Counted from the stretch's first letter, positions 49,447 to 63,655 are shown. The stretch: 64,000 nt of DNA from Lophium mytilinum (GCA_010093605.1 MU004192.1:814882-878881); one strand, 5' to 3'. The notes: generated from the letters alone by a model not told the origin. Translations and numbers: made by a program.

Positions 49447-51353
49447 CTACAAGTCTATCAAGCTTCCACCCTGCTGTTGCTGTCCTTGGTGCTGCGCGCC
49501 GCCAAACGGGTTTCCGCCGCCATATGGGTTGGATCCAAAAGACCCTGCCGGCCCGGTTTGCGCCGGTACCATTCTCTGCTGGCCGAACTGCTGTTGCGGC
49601 ATGCCGGTGAATTGCGAGTGCAAGAATGGGTTGTTGCCAGTCGCATTGGCGTTCAGCTGATTCAACCCTGCACCCGCAGAGTTCACAAAGGTTCCAGGGG
49701 CTGTGTGTTGAGCGGGAAGACGCAGGTTCCCGACGTTGCCGAAAGTGTCCTGGCCCTCGCCAGTAGCAAGAAGGGCATTGAGCTGGGCGTGGTGCGGATT
49801 CTGCTCTTTCTGTGGTTGCGGTGTCTGCTGCGGAGAGAAGGAGACTGGTGGGTTGAAGCTGGTGTTGTTGAATTGCGTCTGTGTCTTCTGCTCCTGTAAG
49901 GTGCTAAGAGTTGGCTGTCTTTGTGGCTGCGCAGTCTGAGGCCTGTTGAACGACGACGCAAATGGGTTGTTCGATCCAGTCGGCTGGGGAAGAATTGACT
50001 CCTGGTGAGGTTGATTCGATGCCCATGGATTGTGGCTCCCCGGCTGGAGTGTGCTTTGTTGCTCCACTGGCTGCTGTTGCTGTTGCTGTTGGCCCAGACC
50101 CCCCATCTGCTGTCCATATGGATTGTTCATGTTGAACGCAGTCTGCTGGGGCTGCATGTAACCCTGACCACCTCCAAAGGCCTGGTCGAAGGCAGTCTGC
50201 TGGGGCTGCTGGGGTTGCTGCTGGTAGCCATTGTAGCCGCCAAACCCGTTTTGGACTCCAGTCTGCTGGGGCTGTACACCAGTAGGCTGAGAATAGGCAT
50301 TGTTCAGGAATCCGGTATTCTGAGGCTGCTGTGCAGTCTGCTGCTGCTCGACGGGATTGCCAAACCAATCGACCGCACTCTGTTGTTGGTATCCTTGGTT
50401 GTTGCCAGTCGGTTGGTATGCGGATGGCTGAGTGGGAGTATCGTCAAACAATAAAGAGGAATTGGTTTCCTCAAGTTCTCTCCGACGGAGCTCCTCCTCT
50501 TCTTTGCTGAGCTTGATCGCTTTGGCAAGATCGTCGTCCCCAACCTCGCGGCCCGCCGCTCTGTCGCGCCTCTTGCGATCCTCCTCCGCTTCATTCTTGC
50601 TCGCTTCCAAAGCCAATCTCAGCTCCAGATCATTTTCCTCCGTAGTCCGGTTAGACCGACCTTCTCGATGGCGAGGCCTTGTGGCTTCTCCGCCGTTCCC
50701 ATGTCCGCCATGTCCACCTGAATATTCCATTTCGTTGATGCCCGTAACACGGGACTTCCAGGTCTTCCGATCTGAACGTTCCGCACGAAGCCGTTCTTCA
50801 TCGAGGATAAGAGAGGTGAGCTCTTTAGCCGACACCCTCACTGAATGCCCATATTAGCTGGGGTAGCTCTATGTGGCGAAATTGCGACTCACCATTCTGG
50901 CCCACGTCCCGACCGTCCTCGTCAATATATTGGAACTCTCGTAGAGTCTTAATGATGTAGACATTTTTCCGCGCCCAAGTGACGACCAGTTCGGAGCCTT
51001 CGTGCAAACAGTAGTCGAGCACCTTGAGCGACTTCAAGACGTGGCGCCAGTTCTTCCCCTTGTCATTGAGTCGCTTGTCCAGCATGTCCATCACTTGGTA
51101 GAAATCAGTAGAGCTACGCGACAGTATCAGTATGATTCCATGTGAATCCGTTCAAAGCCTTACTTGTTGAAAGTGATTTGCGCGATCTCGGCCATGTCAG
51201 AGCCCACCGGGCCCCATGGATCGTTGCTAGTTGCTATCTCAGTCAGCGCGTGTCTGCGAGAAGGTCCCGGAAGCTCATACCATTGCGAACCTTGACCTCT
51301 ACTGTGGAGTAGCCCTTTGTGACGTTCTTGACGCTTCTTACGACCTTGGACAT
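49447..51353 (-). CDS. ENT2: Epsin (ENTH domain, UIMs, NPF motifs; Ent1/Ent2 type); introns 51234-51280, 51114-51163, 50841-50892
   Basis: MSKVVRSVKNVTKGYS...VRN|ATSNDPWGP, KGKNWRHVLKSL, UIMs LRLALEASK and LAKAIKLSK, QPTG/NPF repeats, and C-terminal clathrin box LIDL. Ent1 and Ent2 cannot be distinguished. Confidence 0.93.
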
Positions 51354-52654
51354 GTTGGCGATATGGCTGCAAGCGCAGCGTCTCTTCCGGTTGGAGAGAG
51401 GTGGTCAGAGTCAGACGTGAATTGTAGTAGCGTAATCTGAGGTCGAGCAGAGCAACAATGACGGTACGCAGATTCAGACGCTCCCGGCGTGATTGATATT
51501 GGGCTGGGACGGCTTTGCGCGATGATGCAACCTCGCTGCCGTAGAAGGGCCGCTCGAGAAGAACACGATGAGCGGGCAGCGCCGTACGTCCGGGTAGGCG
51601 ACTCTTATTGTAGGGTGTATAAAGAGCGTCGTGTTGCGAGCGGCGGAAGAGCTGGAGGGATATTGGGGCAGTGAGGTGGCGGTAGTTGGCTGATGAGGAG
51701 GTGTTCGTCACGCCCGTGCTGGCTGCGTCTGAGCTTCGTGGGCACGAGGCTGGGACGCTCTTGGTCCGCCCGTACCGGTGGTGTCTTTTGCGGGTCTTCC
51801 AAATCAAACTGATGACGCTTGGCATTCTCCGTGTACCATGGTGAATTTACCTAGGCTGCTCTCCAAGAAACTCTGCCTGTTGCGAGTCTCTCAAGGTTGT
51901 GAGAGTGCGATATAGCCATTGCTTGGCAGAGGCTGGGTTGGATTCTTGGACGCCTTATTGATGTGTGAGACTGCACTGTTAGGACGCCCATTTGCTGTGG
52001 CATCTGCGCTCACTGAAGCTATAACATGCGCATCTAGCGAAGAGTGCTTTACTAAGAACATAAATCAAATCAGTTACTCTCGAAGCAGACGCAGGACTGC
52101 ATCGCCATTTGGTCCTGCCTGAATTTGCCTCACACCAACGCTACATTCACTGTACCGCAGAGGAGCCAGATGTGATAAATTGTGGATTTGAATCCTTCAT
52201 TAATTTGCCAGTCTAGTACGGTAACGCTCGCCCCAAAACCTGCAAAACCTGATAAAGAGCCAATGAGCCAAGGACGCCTGTCCATCCTCTTCAGAGACGC
52301 CGCTTGAAGCCCACCCATGAGAACCCCCGAGAGTGCACCATGCCCATGGCCTTGTGATATATTATTAGGAGACAGTTTCCATGCAGAACAGAGATAAAAA
52401 CAAGGAAAGACAAGCAAAGACCGAGTGATGTAACCACAAAAGAAACCTTGGAAAGGATGTAGCCGATGCACCGGTAACACCGGCAAAATGTATTCTCCAT
52501 CCGATGGTCCTGAAACCCATGGAAAAAAAGAAATGCCATTCAGACAAAGGAAATTTTTGAGAGGAAAAGGGGTATAGCAACTGCCAACACGCCAGGATAA
52601 TCGAGCCCGAGCTCAGCATATAGTTACACTGTTACATAGGAAAATTACACAGAT

Positions 52655-54196
<1,542 letters not shown>

Positions 54197-57100
54197 CGCG
54201 CATGAATTGTGGCCTCCGGTAGAAGCAGGCGGGTGACAACAGACAGGGCGAGATCCGCAACTTGGGAGGAGATGTGCGCACCACTTGGATGACTGGCCGT
54301 CGGCTGGGAAGAACGCTTCAGTCGACAGGAGGGCATGTACTGAGGCCACTGCGGACAGTAGGGGTCGTCGATGAGGCTGCTGGCGTCCAGAAGACCACCT
54401 CACAGATTCAAAGCGCAGGTGGTCCGTCCGACGGTGTCGAGCGTAGGGCGGATCGCGTGCCGGCCAATGCTGAATGGCCACCTATCGAGAGAATCAAGTC
54501 AGCGTCAGGAGCAGAGGCGCAGAGCAGGTGGAACAGGGCGTCTGGCGGCGGGCGGCGACGAAGCGGTGTCGACTGCCAGCACGCCAGGAGGGCGGAATAG
54601 GGGACGCCCGGGTGACGCGCAAGGCAGTCGAGCGGCGGGGCACGGGCAGGACGCACAACTCTACGGGCGGGAACGTACCTGAGATGGATCACGGCGTCTG
54701 AGGGGTGGTGTTGTGGAGTGGGAGGAGAAAGTGTCGAGGAGGATGAAGGTACGAGGGTACTTGCTGCTGTTGCGCGTGTTGGATCTTCTTTTTTCGCTAG
54801 ACCGCTTCGGGCTCGGCTACTTCCGACTCCTCGCTGTGAATTTCACTAGAAGACGTGACTGCACCCCGATTGATCCGCCAAACACGCCGAGGAAATTGTT
54901 GCTGTTGGTGCCCGAGAATGTGCACGAGGCGCGACGAATCCCGACGTCGACAAAGAGAGTTGCGTTGGAAGGAGTCCCGGATTTCCCAGTACTGCTGACT
55001 GTTTCTCAGCTCGCCCACGGTTCAGTTCAGAGATGCTTTCCAGTCCGGTCCAATAGTGCAGTCTCCCGGCGCTTGTGTCAGTCGCTTCTCGCTGTGTCCG
55101 CCGGTCACTGTCTGCGATCTGTCCCAGGGCCTCGACGACGTGCAAACAAATCTAATGTCCAAGAGTTCCCACGACGGCGCTTCCAAACGCTGTCCGCTGC
55201 GGCTACGATACCCAAATCAGATCCGGCTGATTCTGCGGCCGGGATGTGCTGGGGGGCGCGTTGGTGAGGCGAAAATAGGTAGGAGTCTTCTAAGCATCAG
55301 TTCAGTCATCGATCTTCCCGAAACCCAGAGAAACACGCTGGGACGGGGCTGTAGCGCGGGCTCAGTACCTGTCTGTCAAACGCAAATCGACAATGCTGCA
55401 AGCCCGGTCAGCATCTTAATTATGATCATCCCCGTGGAAGAAGAGGCTCACCTACGAAGTAGGACACGAGGGGCACTGGACGCTGCGGGCACTGGCTCCT
55501 AATAGCTGAGTCCTGACGGCGGAGCCTGCGGCGGGTGTCACTGTCGACTGCCGGTAGCCGTGAGGTATTGGGGGTGGGACGGGTGGTGAGCGGTGCGGTG
55601 TTCAGTTCACTCTGCAGGATGAGGGCGGCAGTGGGCGTCACAGTGTCTTCGGAACAAAACGTGGTGCGTGTAACTCGAGCTTTGAGGGAGCACGGCACGA
55701 GCAGGGGCGATTTGCAGTTATAGAGCAGCGTGCCCGTCCACCAGGCCTTTTGATTGCGAGTCAAAAGCAAGTCTATCCCTGCTTGTATGGCACACCCTTG
55801 GCTCGCCAGGCCCGTCAATGCTCGGAGAGCCGCTGGGGATCAGGCCCGCTGAAGCACGCCTGCGGCCATGTTTGACCAGCCCTAGAGGCCGCACGGGCGA
55901 GGGAGCACATCCGGGCGTCATCTGCGGGATGGAGGGCGGCGAGCTGGCAGTAGCGGGAGTGTGGGATGGGATGGACATATTGCTTCTGGCAACACAGCCT
56001 CCGCTATCACGATATGGGCCAGCACATGCAGCGCGACCTCTGGCGGAGGGGGTACGACAGGGTGAGGTTGATCCAGGAACGCTTGGTCCACAGACGCTCG
56101 ACACCGGGATGGGAGGCAAGGGCCACGTTTGGAAGCCCGCTAGAAGGCTTCTGCGCTGGGGCCGCCATGCTGTCACGATGCAGCCAGCGGCGTCGACATC
56201 CTCTTTCGAGCTGGGGAAGCGGCGGCGAGCAGTCGTGGGCTGGGGGGAGGCCCCGTTTTTAGCACGGTGCGAAACAAGTTGAGGCCATGATGCTCCCAGC
56301 GCGCTCCCAGCTGCGGGATCCAGGAGGCGGCCAAGACGCGATGCTGGAGTTGGCCTCCTGAGACGACCCCTGATTGCGATGCGCCCACCACGAAGCCCGT
56401 TACGGGCCCCTTCTGCTGGCCCAAACTCCCTGAGCGACGCAGGGCTCCGGGCTCCACCGACACCAGCCACACCAGGCCGCAGAAGTCACAGTTGCATGAC
56501 ATCAACGGTGGCCTCGCAGCCCTCGCAGCCTGGTGCCACACTGCTGCCCGGCCCGCCTCCTTTGACGTGCAGCAGGCCCTGATATCCCTCACGGCCCGCC
56601 GTCGCGTCCCTGCGCTCCAACGACGTCCAGCCACAGCTCTTGCAGGTGAATACTCTGACGCACGGCCGAATCACCGCGATACGCAGCGGATGTTGCTCCT
56701 CGTCCTCCCATGTGCTTACAGTCGCTGCCAAGCGGGCCTCGGACGATGCCGCCGCCGGCCACGCGTTGCTTCGTAAAATGGTGGCCGAGATAATCTCACT
56801 GTCGCTCGCTATCACGGCGTCGAGTCAGTGCGGCGCCCGGCGGCGTGGCCGCAACGTGGGGATCGGCGCATATGGCACGGCGTGTGTGGTGCGGTTGTGC
56901 GGTCATGGTGAAGCCAAGGCGAGGCTGCGGTGCGACTGCTGGGAGAGAAATGAGAGCGCGGCCTGGGCGCTCGCGAAAGCTTCGAGAAGAAGACGCTCGT
57001 GATGCCCTTGGGACCGGGGCTTCTGCCAGATCCGTCTGTGCAGTCCCACGATTTGGCTGGGCCGGTGCGAAATGCACACACCACGCCCTTCGCCCAAGGG

Positions 57101-60054
57101 AGATCGCTACGTCTGGCGCCGAACGCCACGGCCCGAGTGCAATTCATCAACACGAAGAAACACGCTGCTGGCCCTGTTCCTGCCATCCTGATAGCCTGCT
57201 CTGTACATACCTGCACTCATCCATGTTGGAAGGGTCTGCAGCTCGGTGGCCTGCACTATCAGACTCTCCAGCATCCTTCCCGGCCGGCCGTATTGCAACG
57301 AGACGAATCACACATCGGCCACTCGTTCCCCAACTGCATCCCGAACATCCGCTTCTTCCAGGTCACGCAGGCATCACTTGACAGGCCTCTCATACAGGCC
57401 TTGCCGTTCCAGGAACCGTCCAACACCGGGGCATGAAGCTGGCGAGCTCAGCCTCATACCTACGTTTCACTACCCGAAACCCCCGCGCATCCTCCACCAC
57501 AAACAGCTCACTGTCTGCTTCAGGCCTCGCTTAGCCAGTCTATGCTATTCTTGTTGGCCGCCAGACCAGACGGCGCGGAGCTGAGATCAGAGCATGAAAA
57601 CAGCACCGCGGCTCCGCGTCCCCAGCGTCAGCTATGCAGTCTTGGCTTGGCCCTTAGCTTCACGCAGAGGCCCGGTCGCCAGTGCCATCCCAGCTATAGG
57701 GCGTCGGATATCAGAGCGTCCTTCTGGAAGCCTGCTTCTTTCGGTGTAGCTCGCCCGGGCTTACATGCGGGCAATTTCCAGAAGCCTTCCTGTTGCAGCC
57801 TGCGCATTTGCGCCGCGTCTCGTGCGCCCCGCCCCCTGTTTCTGGAAGACTACTCCTTTTCGTTCGCTGCCACATTCACCCAAAAGAGCTCGGATGCCGT
57901 CCACTTCGGGGTTCTCTAGTCTTGGCTTGCAGTCCACCAGCCTTGCCGAAGTGATGTCGTAGCATGTGCACGCAGCTTCGAGGCGTCTACAAGAGACGGC
58001 CCTTGCAACTAAACACCTGTCAAAGTCGTGGTAGTCATCTCTCTATGACGCACCCTGGTCACGGTTCAAACCGCCCGAACTCCCTGGCCAGGATCGTCCG
58101 GGTAGGAGGATTCACTCTCCAGAAACCTTCATCTCCCCATTGTGTTCAATCAGCGTCTCAATAGCACCAGACGCCGTCCCCGCAGTCCCGAAGCAGCCGC
58201 ACAGCCGTCACCGCGAAACAGCCTCTCCTAAACTTGGATCCCGCAGTCATCCTGAGGCCCGTCGTCAGAGGGGCCCACAGGTCCGGGAAGCCCGCGCTGA
58301 TCCGTGACGACGTTAAGAGGGGCACAGACCTCTGGCAGCCTTTTGGTGAAGCAGTACGCGCCGGTCCTGACTCTCGCACATGGGCCAACGCTGTTCCGAA
58401 TATAGATGTCTGGTTTAATGCGGATACTTACGCCCTCAAGCTTTGAAGCTCTCTCGTTCTATCCACGCGGGCTTACCTAAGGGATCATGCGTTGGCTAAT
58501 GTTCGGCCTTGAGCTGTGGTGCAAGAGTAGCCTTGCCAACCGCATCCTCCCGTTAGTCATGCGGAGATCTTGGTAGGATCGCAGGTACGCGGCTAGTCCA
58601 GACTCGAGTCCGAATACCAGGAACCAGAACCCCAACTTCTGTTCATTGACTACGAAACCCTCGGATGGAAGAAATGCTGCAGTGACCACCTTCCTCGGTG
58701 CTACCTCACGAAACAACCAGGGAGGAGATACTAGACACCAGTTGTTCGCTGTTTTCACTGTCATACAGAAATAGAACTGGCGAACACCGGGAAATGGGAG
58801 GGGCGATCGACTACAAATCGAAAGATCTCAATCGTTCGTTGACTGGTTTGTGGCTTTTGGCGGGTAGATGTTCTACAGGGGCTATCCTCGAACGTGAGTC
58901 TTCTCAGCCTTAAACGGAACTGATGAAACGCGTCCACAGATGAAACGATGACTGTAAGCCAGATGGCAACAACGTGACGCACGCAGGAGACCGTCATTCA
59001 TTCTCGGAAGATATCTCTTATGCTGTCACGTTGTCACTTTTCCACTCTTTTTCTTCTGCAAACCGTTGTTGGCAAAATTATGGAGACTTTGTAAACTGAC
59101 ACACTGACCACGCTGACTGTACCTGGTTTTCCGTCACGATTTTGCTACTAAAACCGCGCAAGACGGATATACCTCACACGAACAGGCCGCGGGTTTTAGT
59201 TGCGAGATATTTAGCTACGAGCAGTCGAGATCGAAAGGCAATAATGCAAGCCTTCCCTAATAAGCACCCCAAAATGGCATCACTAATGACTATTCCGGCG
59301 CGCCCACTAGCGTGATCACCAGAAAGTCTCTTTCTGAACTGATGATTATGGGATGCTTCACTTTCAAGACAGTGTCCACATAGATAGCCATACATTTACA
59401 GGTTGGACTTAGAAAACCACCTCACAAGAACCAAGAAGTTTACTTCGCCTTAGCCTGCTCTGAATCTGCGCCCGAGACGATACCAAACCTCCCCGATTGT
59501 AAGAAAAGGCTTCCTTCTCTAAAAAAAGTACCTCAGATCCCAATTTTCCGCCACAAACTGGATCATTCAAATCCGCCGATTTATTGCGCTTCGGACAGAC
59601 GTTGCAAAAAGGCGAAAACAAATCACCTCAAGAGGACGTACTAGCCGACCAAGCCAACCAAGGTTCACACTATCGAGGGTCTATTTGCTCAGGACCGGAC
59701 TGGCCTCCGATGGTACTTCTCGAGTTAGCCTACAGCTCTCGACGCGTGTGGTAGCCTAGCGCGAATATCAAGCCACAGATACAACAAGTGGAATTGGATC
59801 GGAAGAAGCCCTTTCCTAGATTATATCCTACCGAAACTGAGCTGAGTCTGCTAAAATCACAGGTTCGTTTGACGAAATAGCACCCTTCAACGAAAGACTG
59901 AGTGGCTTGATATTCGCGCTAGGCCACCGCTTGTGCCGACAGTCTGTACTCTATGATCTTATCGGCGTTTTTTGCAACAGCGTGGCAAGATCGGGCACAG
60001 ATTGCACTAACGAGCTCCCGTTTCTACATCCTACCGTCGCGGAACTCAACTCAA

Positions 60055-60300
60055 TCCCTTGGACTGGATTCATATCATTTGGATTTCACGTTAATCTCTG
60101 GGCTGATTTAGGATGTCCTCCAATGATGTGCCAAAACAGAGTTTAAATCGCACGGACTGGCTCCACTTCATACATCTCAGCACCGCCAAATTTAACCCAA
60201 ACCGTTGGGCTGGTTTGGAGCGTCACGAATTGCACATTGTCCTCTGGGCTGCTTTGAGATGTCCTTAAATAGCATTGCCAAATCGAGTCCAAATCACACG
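60055..60300 (+). repeat. Dispersed copies of the 107-bp repeat family
   Basis: TCCTCCAATGATGTGCCAAAACAGAGTTTAAATCGCACGGACTGGCTCCACTTCATACATCTCAGCACCGCCAAAT (~60116-60191) aligns with the 12.7-kb unit. A second partial copy lies ~146 bp downstream. Confidence 0.9.
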
Positions 60301-60492
60301 CAATTTTCTCGTCGCCCCAAACATTAATCTTGCGAGGCATTTCTCCGCGCAGAGCATATGATCCTGCATCCTTATCTCCAGTCTCACTCGCATGATGCAC
60401 CCTTCGCGTAGGCATATCTGTAGATATCAGATTTTAAACTTCGATGTTGGTGTTCGCCCACTCTCTCACCTGACCTCAGCCCTAGCCGCTTG

Positions 60493-60500
60493 CCGCGGAG
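60493..60500 (-). promoter_or_regulatory. NirA-type site CTCCGCGG upstream of flavohemoglobin
   Basis: Exact match to the A. nidulans NirA consensus CTCCGHGG on the minus strand. GATA sites (AGATAAG, minus strand) at 60371 and 60823. Confidence 0.4.
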
Positions 60501-61323
60501 AAACCTCAACACCACGAAAGCACAGCGGAACGGCGCCGCACGGCACGGTGACGACGAATGGAGTGATGTGGCATCAGGGCAGTAGCAGTGGCGGGTATGA
60601 CTGACTCAACTTGCTACTGCATCCTTCGCTCTCTAGCTTCGCCCGCTGGACGCCGTTGGACGGGTGTAGTTCAAAAGCATGCACTAAGAGAGACGTTGCC
60701 GGCCTAACGTAGTTTCTATTTTCTCACTGATTGGCGCTGATTGTAAGCCGGATTCCTGGGGAGATGATTGGGTCGTTTGGGGGTTGCATGCCAAATGCTT
60801 CATCGCTTCGTTGCACCGTACTCTTATCTACAATCTTCTGTAAGCTTACTTCCACAACACGCATCTACATGTCCCTCGCTAACACTAGCCAGCCGGATCC
60901 AGTTACCATACCATACAGACTGCTTGAGCTAGAGGAGGGAGAGAGTTTGGCTGTTGTTGGACTGGGCGATGTACGTAAATCTCGTAAGATGCTGGGCCCA
61001 CCCTGCCATCGGCCGATGCGGGAGTGAGTAAGCAGCGTACCTGGAGGAGTAGGCACAACGGCAGCATTGCAAGGGTTCGCTGAGGGTTTAAGATGCAAAT
61101 CCGCGGGATAGAAGCTATAGGTGTGTATATAAGATGATTGGTAAGTGACGCATTTCGTACCGTTCATCAGTGTGCTTCATACATCGTCAACATCTACTAT
61201 ACACCATCTATCTCTTCAACTTCAAGACATTCTCAGAAAGAGAGCAACACCATACATATCATCAAGCTTCACAACCTTCCACACCCCACTGATTCGCCAA
61301 ACCCCCTCCCCCATCCCACCACA

Positions 61324-62559
61324 ATGCCCAACCTCACCCCCTCCCAAACCGCCATCATCAAATCCACCGCCCCCCTCCTCGCCACCCACGGCACCACCAT
61401 AACAACCCTCTTCTACAGCACCCTCCTCACCACCCACCCGGCCCTCAAATCCGTCTTCAGCAACACCCACCAAGCCACGGGCGCGCAGCCCCGCGCCCTC
61501 GCCGGCGCCCTCCTCGCCTACGCCACCCACATCGACGACCTGGGCGCCCTCTCCCCAACCCTCGCCCTCATCTGCGCCAAGCACGCCTCCCTCGGCATCA
61601 CGCCCGCGCAGTACGCCGTCGTGGCCACCGGCCTGCTCGCGGCTCTCGAAGACGTCCTCACGCCCGCCGTCTTCACCGCGGATGTCAAAGACGCGTGGGC
61701 CGCTGCGTACTGGCAGCTCGCCGACATCATGATCGCCGCCGAAGCCGCGCTCTACGCCTCGGCGAGCTGGCAGGGCTTCCGCGCCTTCAAGATCGCGCGG
61801 AAAGAGGTCGAGAGCGCCGAGATCACGAGTTTCTACCTCGAGCCCGTCGAGGGGGAGAGGGTGTTGCCGGTGTATAAGCCGGGCCAGTATGTGAGCGTGC
61901 AGGTGGCTGTTCCGGCGCTTGGCGAGGGCGTGTTGCAGGCGCGGCAGTACAGTCTGAGCGACGCGCCGGGGAAGCCGTATTTCCGGATTTCGGTGAAGCG
62001 CGAGAGTGGGTACGAGAGTGCGGCGGCGGCACCGGGGAAGGAGAAGCTGCATCCCGGGTGGGTGTCGAATATCCTGCATGCGGAGAAGGGGGTCGGGGAT
62101 GTGGTGGGGGTTGCGCATCCGTATGGGGATTTTTTTCTGGAGGTGCAGGGGGAGGGGCCGGTGGTGCTGATATCTGGGGGCGTGGGGTTGACGAGTTTGA
62201 TGGCGATGTTGAATGCGTTGGTGGAGCGGGGGGCTGGGAGGGAGGTGACGTGGGTGCATTCGGCGAGGAACGCGAGTGTGAGGGCGTTTGGGGCGCATGT
62301 GGAGGAGGTGGAGAGGGCGGCGGGGAACGTGAGGGTGAGGTTGTTTGATACGCATGGCGGAAGAATGGAGTTGGGGGAGTTGGATAAAGAGAAGGAACTT
62401 TTCTTGGGGGATGAGCGGGCGGAGTATTTCGTCTGTGGGCCCGCGCAGTTTATGCTGGATGTAGAGACGAAGCTAAAGGGTTATGGAGTGGACGCTGGCC
62501 GGATCAAGATGGAGCTGTTCGGTACAGGAGGTGTGCCTAGGGGTTTGTCGAAGATTTGA
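61324..62559 (+). CDS. YHB1: Flavohemoglobin (nitric oxide dioxygenase), intronless
   Basis: Globin domain (IIKSTAPLL, QPRALA, ICAKHASLGITPAQY), FAD domain (YKPGQY, RQYSLSD) and NAD domain (ISGGVGLT, VCGP, ELFG). Start MPNLT at 61324. Confidence 0.96.
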   Translation: MPNLTPSQTAIIKSTAPLLATHGTTITTLFYSTLLTTHPALKSVFSNTHQATGAQPRALAGALLAYATHIDDLGALSPTLALICAKHASLGITPAQYAVVATGLLAALEDVLTPAVFTADVKDAWAAAYWQLADIMIAAEAALYASASWQGFRAFKIARKEVESAEITSFYLEPVEGERVLPVYKPGQYVSVQVAVPALGEGVLQARQYSLSDAPGKPYFRISVKRESGYESAAAAPGKEKLHPGWVSNILHAEKGVGDVVGVAHPYGDFFLEVQGEGPVVLISGGVGLTSLMAMLNALVERGAGREVTWVHSARNASVRAFGAHVEEVERAAGNVRVRLFDTHGGRMELGELDKEKELFLGDERAEYFVCGPAQFMLDVETKLKGYGVDAGRIKMELFGTGGVPRGLSKI

Positions 62560-63655
62560 AATGGCTTCTTAGATGTATATATTACAGGATAATGAGTTGA
62601 GGATCTATACTAATTTCACATGTATCCCTCTAGGCTGTATTTGTTCTCAGCTTCGAGTCCAAGGCCTCGTAATTTGACTTAGATTAGGAGGCAATGTGAC
62701 GATCGGATTTCGCTGTCAACACTGCATCAATGCACCAAATGGGATTTGGGTACCAGACGAGAGTTTCAAGCCGTGCAGTTGAGATGATCTGTTTGCGCCC
62801 CTAAATTGAATCAGAGGAACAGCGTGATTGCGAGAAGTATAATGGGGGCCAGTCCGGTATGTTACCCTCAGATGTTAATAAATTCTGGGCTGAATTTGGG
62901 ATGAAAAGTTCGTCGCGCTTTAAAAGTTTAGTTTAAAGCTAGTTTCCAGGCTTGAATGCGAGATAAGGTGTCGAATCGGTGTTCATAGAAGCATATCACA
63001 TAAAACAGGCGTTCATAGTAGAGCAAATAAGATTTATTCGTCCTAGCAACAACTATCAATCCCCCATGAATCACCCTCACTCTAGCCATACTCATCTTCA
63101 CTCCACTTTGCCCCGGCCAACCACTTCCCTCCACAACACCCGGATCCACCACCTAACCACCATAGCCCCAGCCGTCACCACTAACCATCAAACTCAATTA
63201 AGATGTCAGGTATCTCAACCGCAACCAGAGCGCAAAGCATGCCCGATCCGTCCCGCCCATAGGACCTGCTCGCGCAGCCTTGACCGCTCTATAGTACACT
63301 GAAAGGAAAAAGGGGTAGTGTGTAAAGGGTAAGAGAAAGAAAGTCGAAGGTCAGAGAGCCGCACCTTACCACATCATCCGTAACCAGTGAAGGCGTAGAC
63401 GAAATAGAAGGAGCCAGCAGTCTAGCCTCCATGGACCCGAAATTTAGCCCCCATAGACAGGGGGCAAGACAAATCGAGCAGGATTGAAAAAGGGTCAAAG
63501 AGACTGCAGAAGAACTTTTAGAAGCAATCGGTATCCCGCCACGCCGGTGAAAAGTGAGTTTGAGAGACCGTGACCGAGCGCCATTCGCCAGAGAATTGAA
63601 ACCAGGGGAGCCTTAGTGGGAACAGTCGGCATGGAGGAAGGCTGGCGAGGGACAC

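Noticed and set aside
54262..58446. Many overlapping 60-250-aa ORFs
   Set aside because: Arg/Ala/Pro-rich translations in all frames, typical of GC-rich non-coding DNA, with no recognisable domain.
59805..59830. Link between the 172-bp and 107-bp families via GCCCTTTCCTAGATTATATCC
   Set aside because: The similarity to the 172-bp unit is short and gapped, and the flanks do not align.
61222..62355. 377-aa antisense ORF over flavohemoglobin, and similar antisense ORFs over MSS116 and ISW2
   Set aside because: Shadow ORFs caused by strong GC3 codon bias; low complexity and no motifs.
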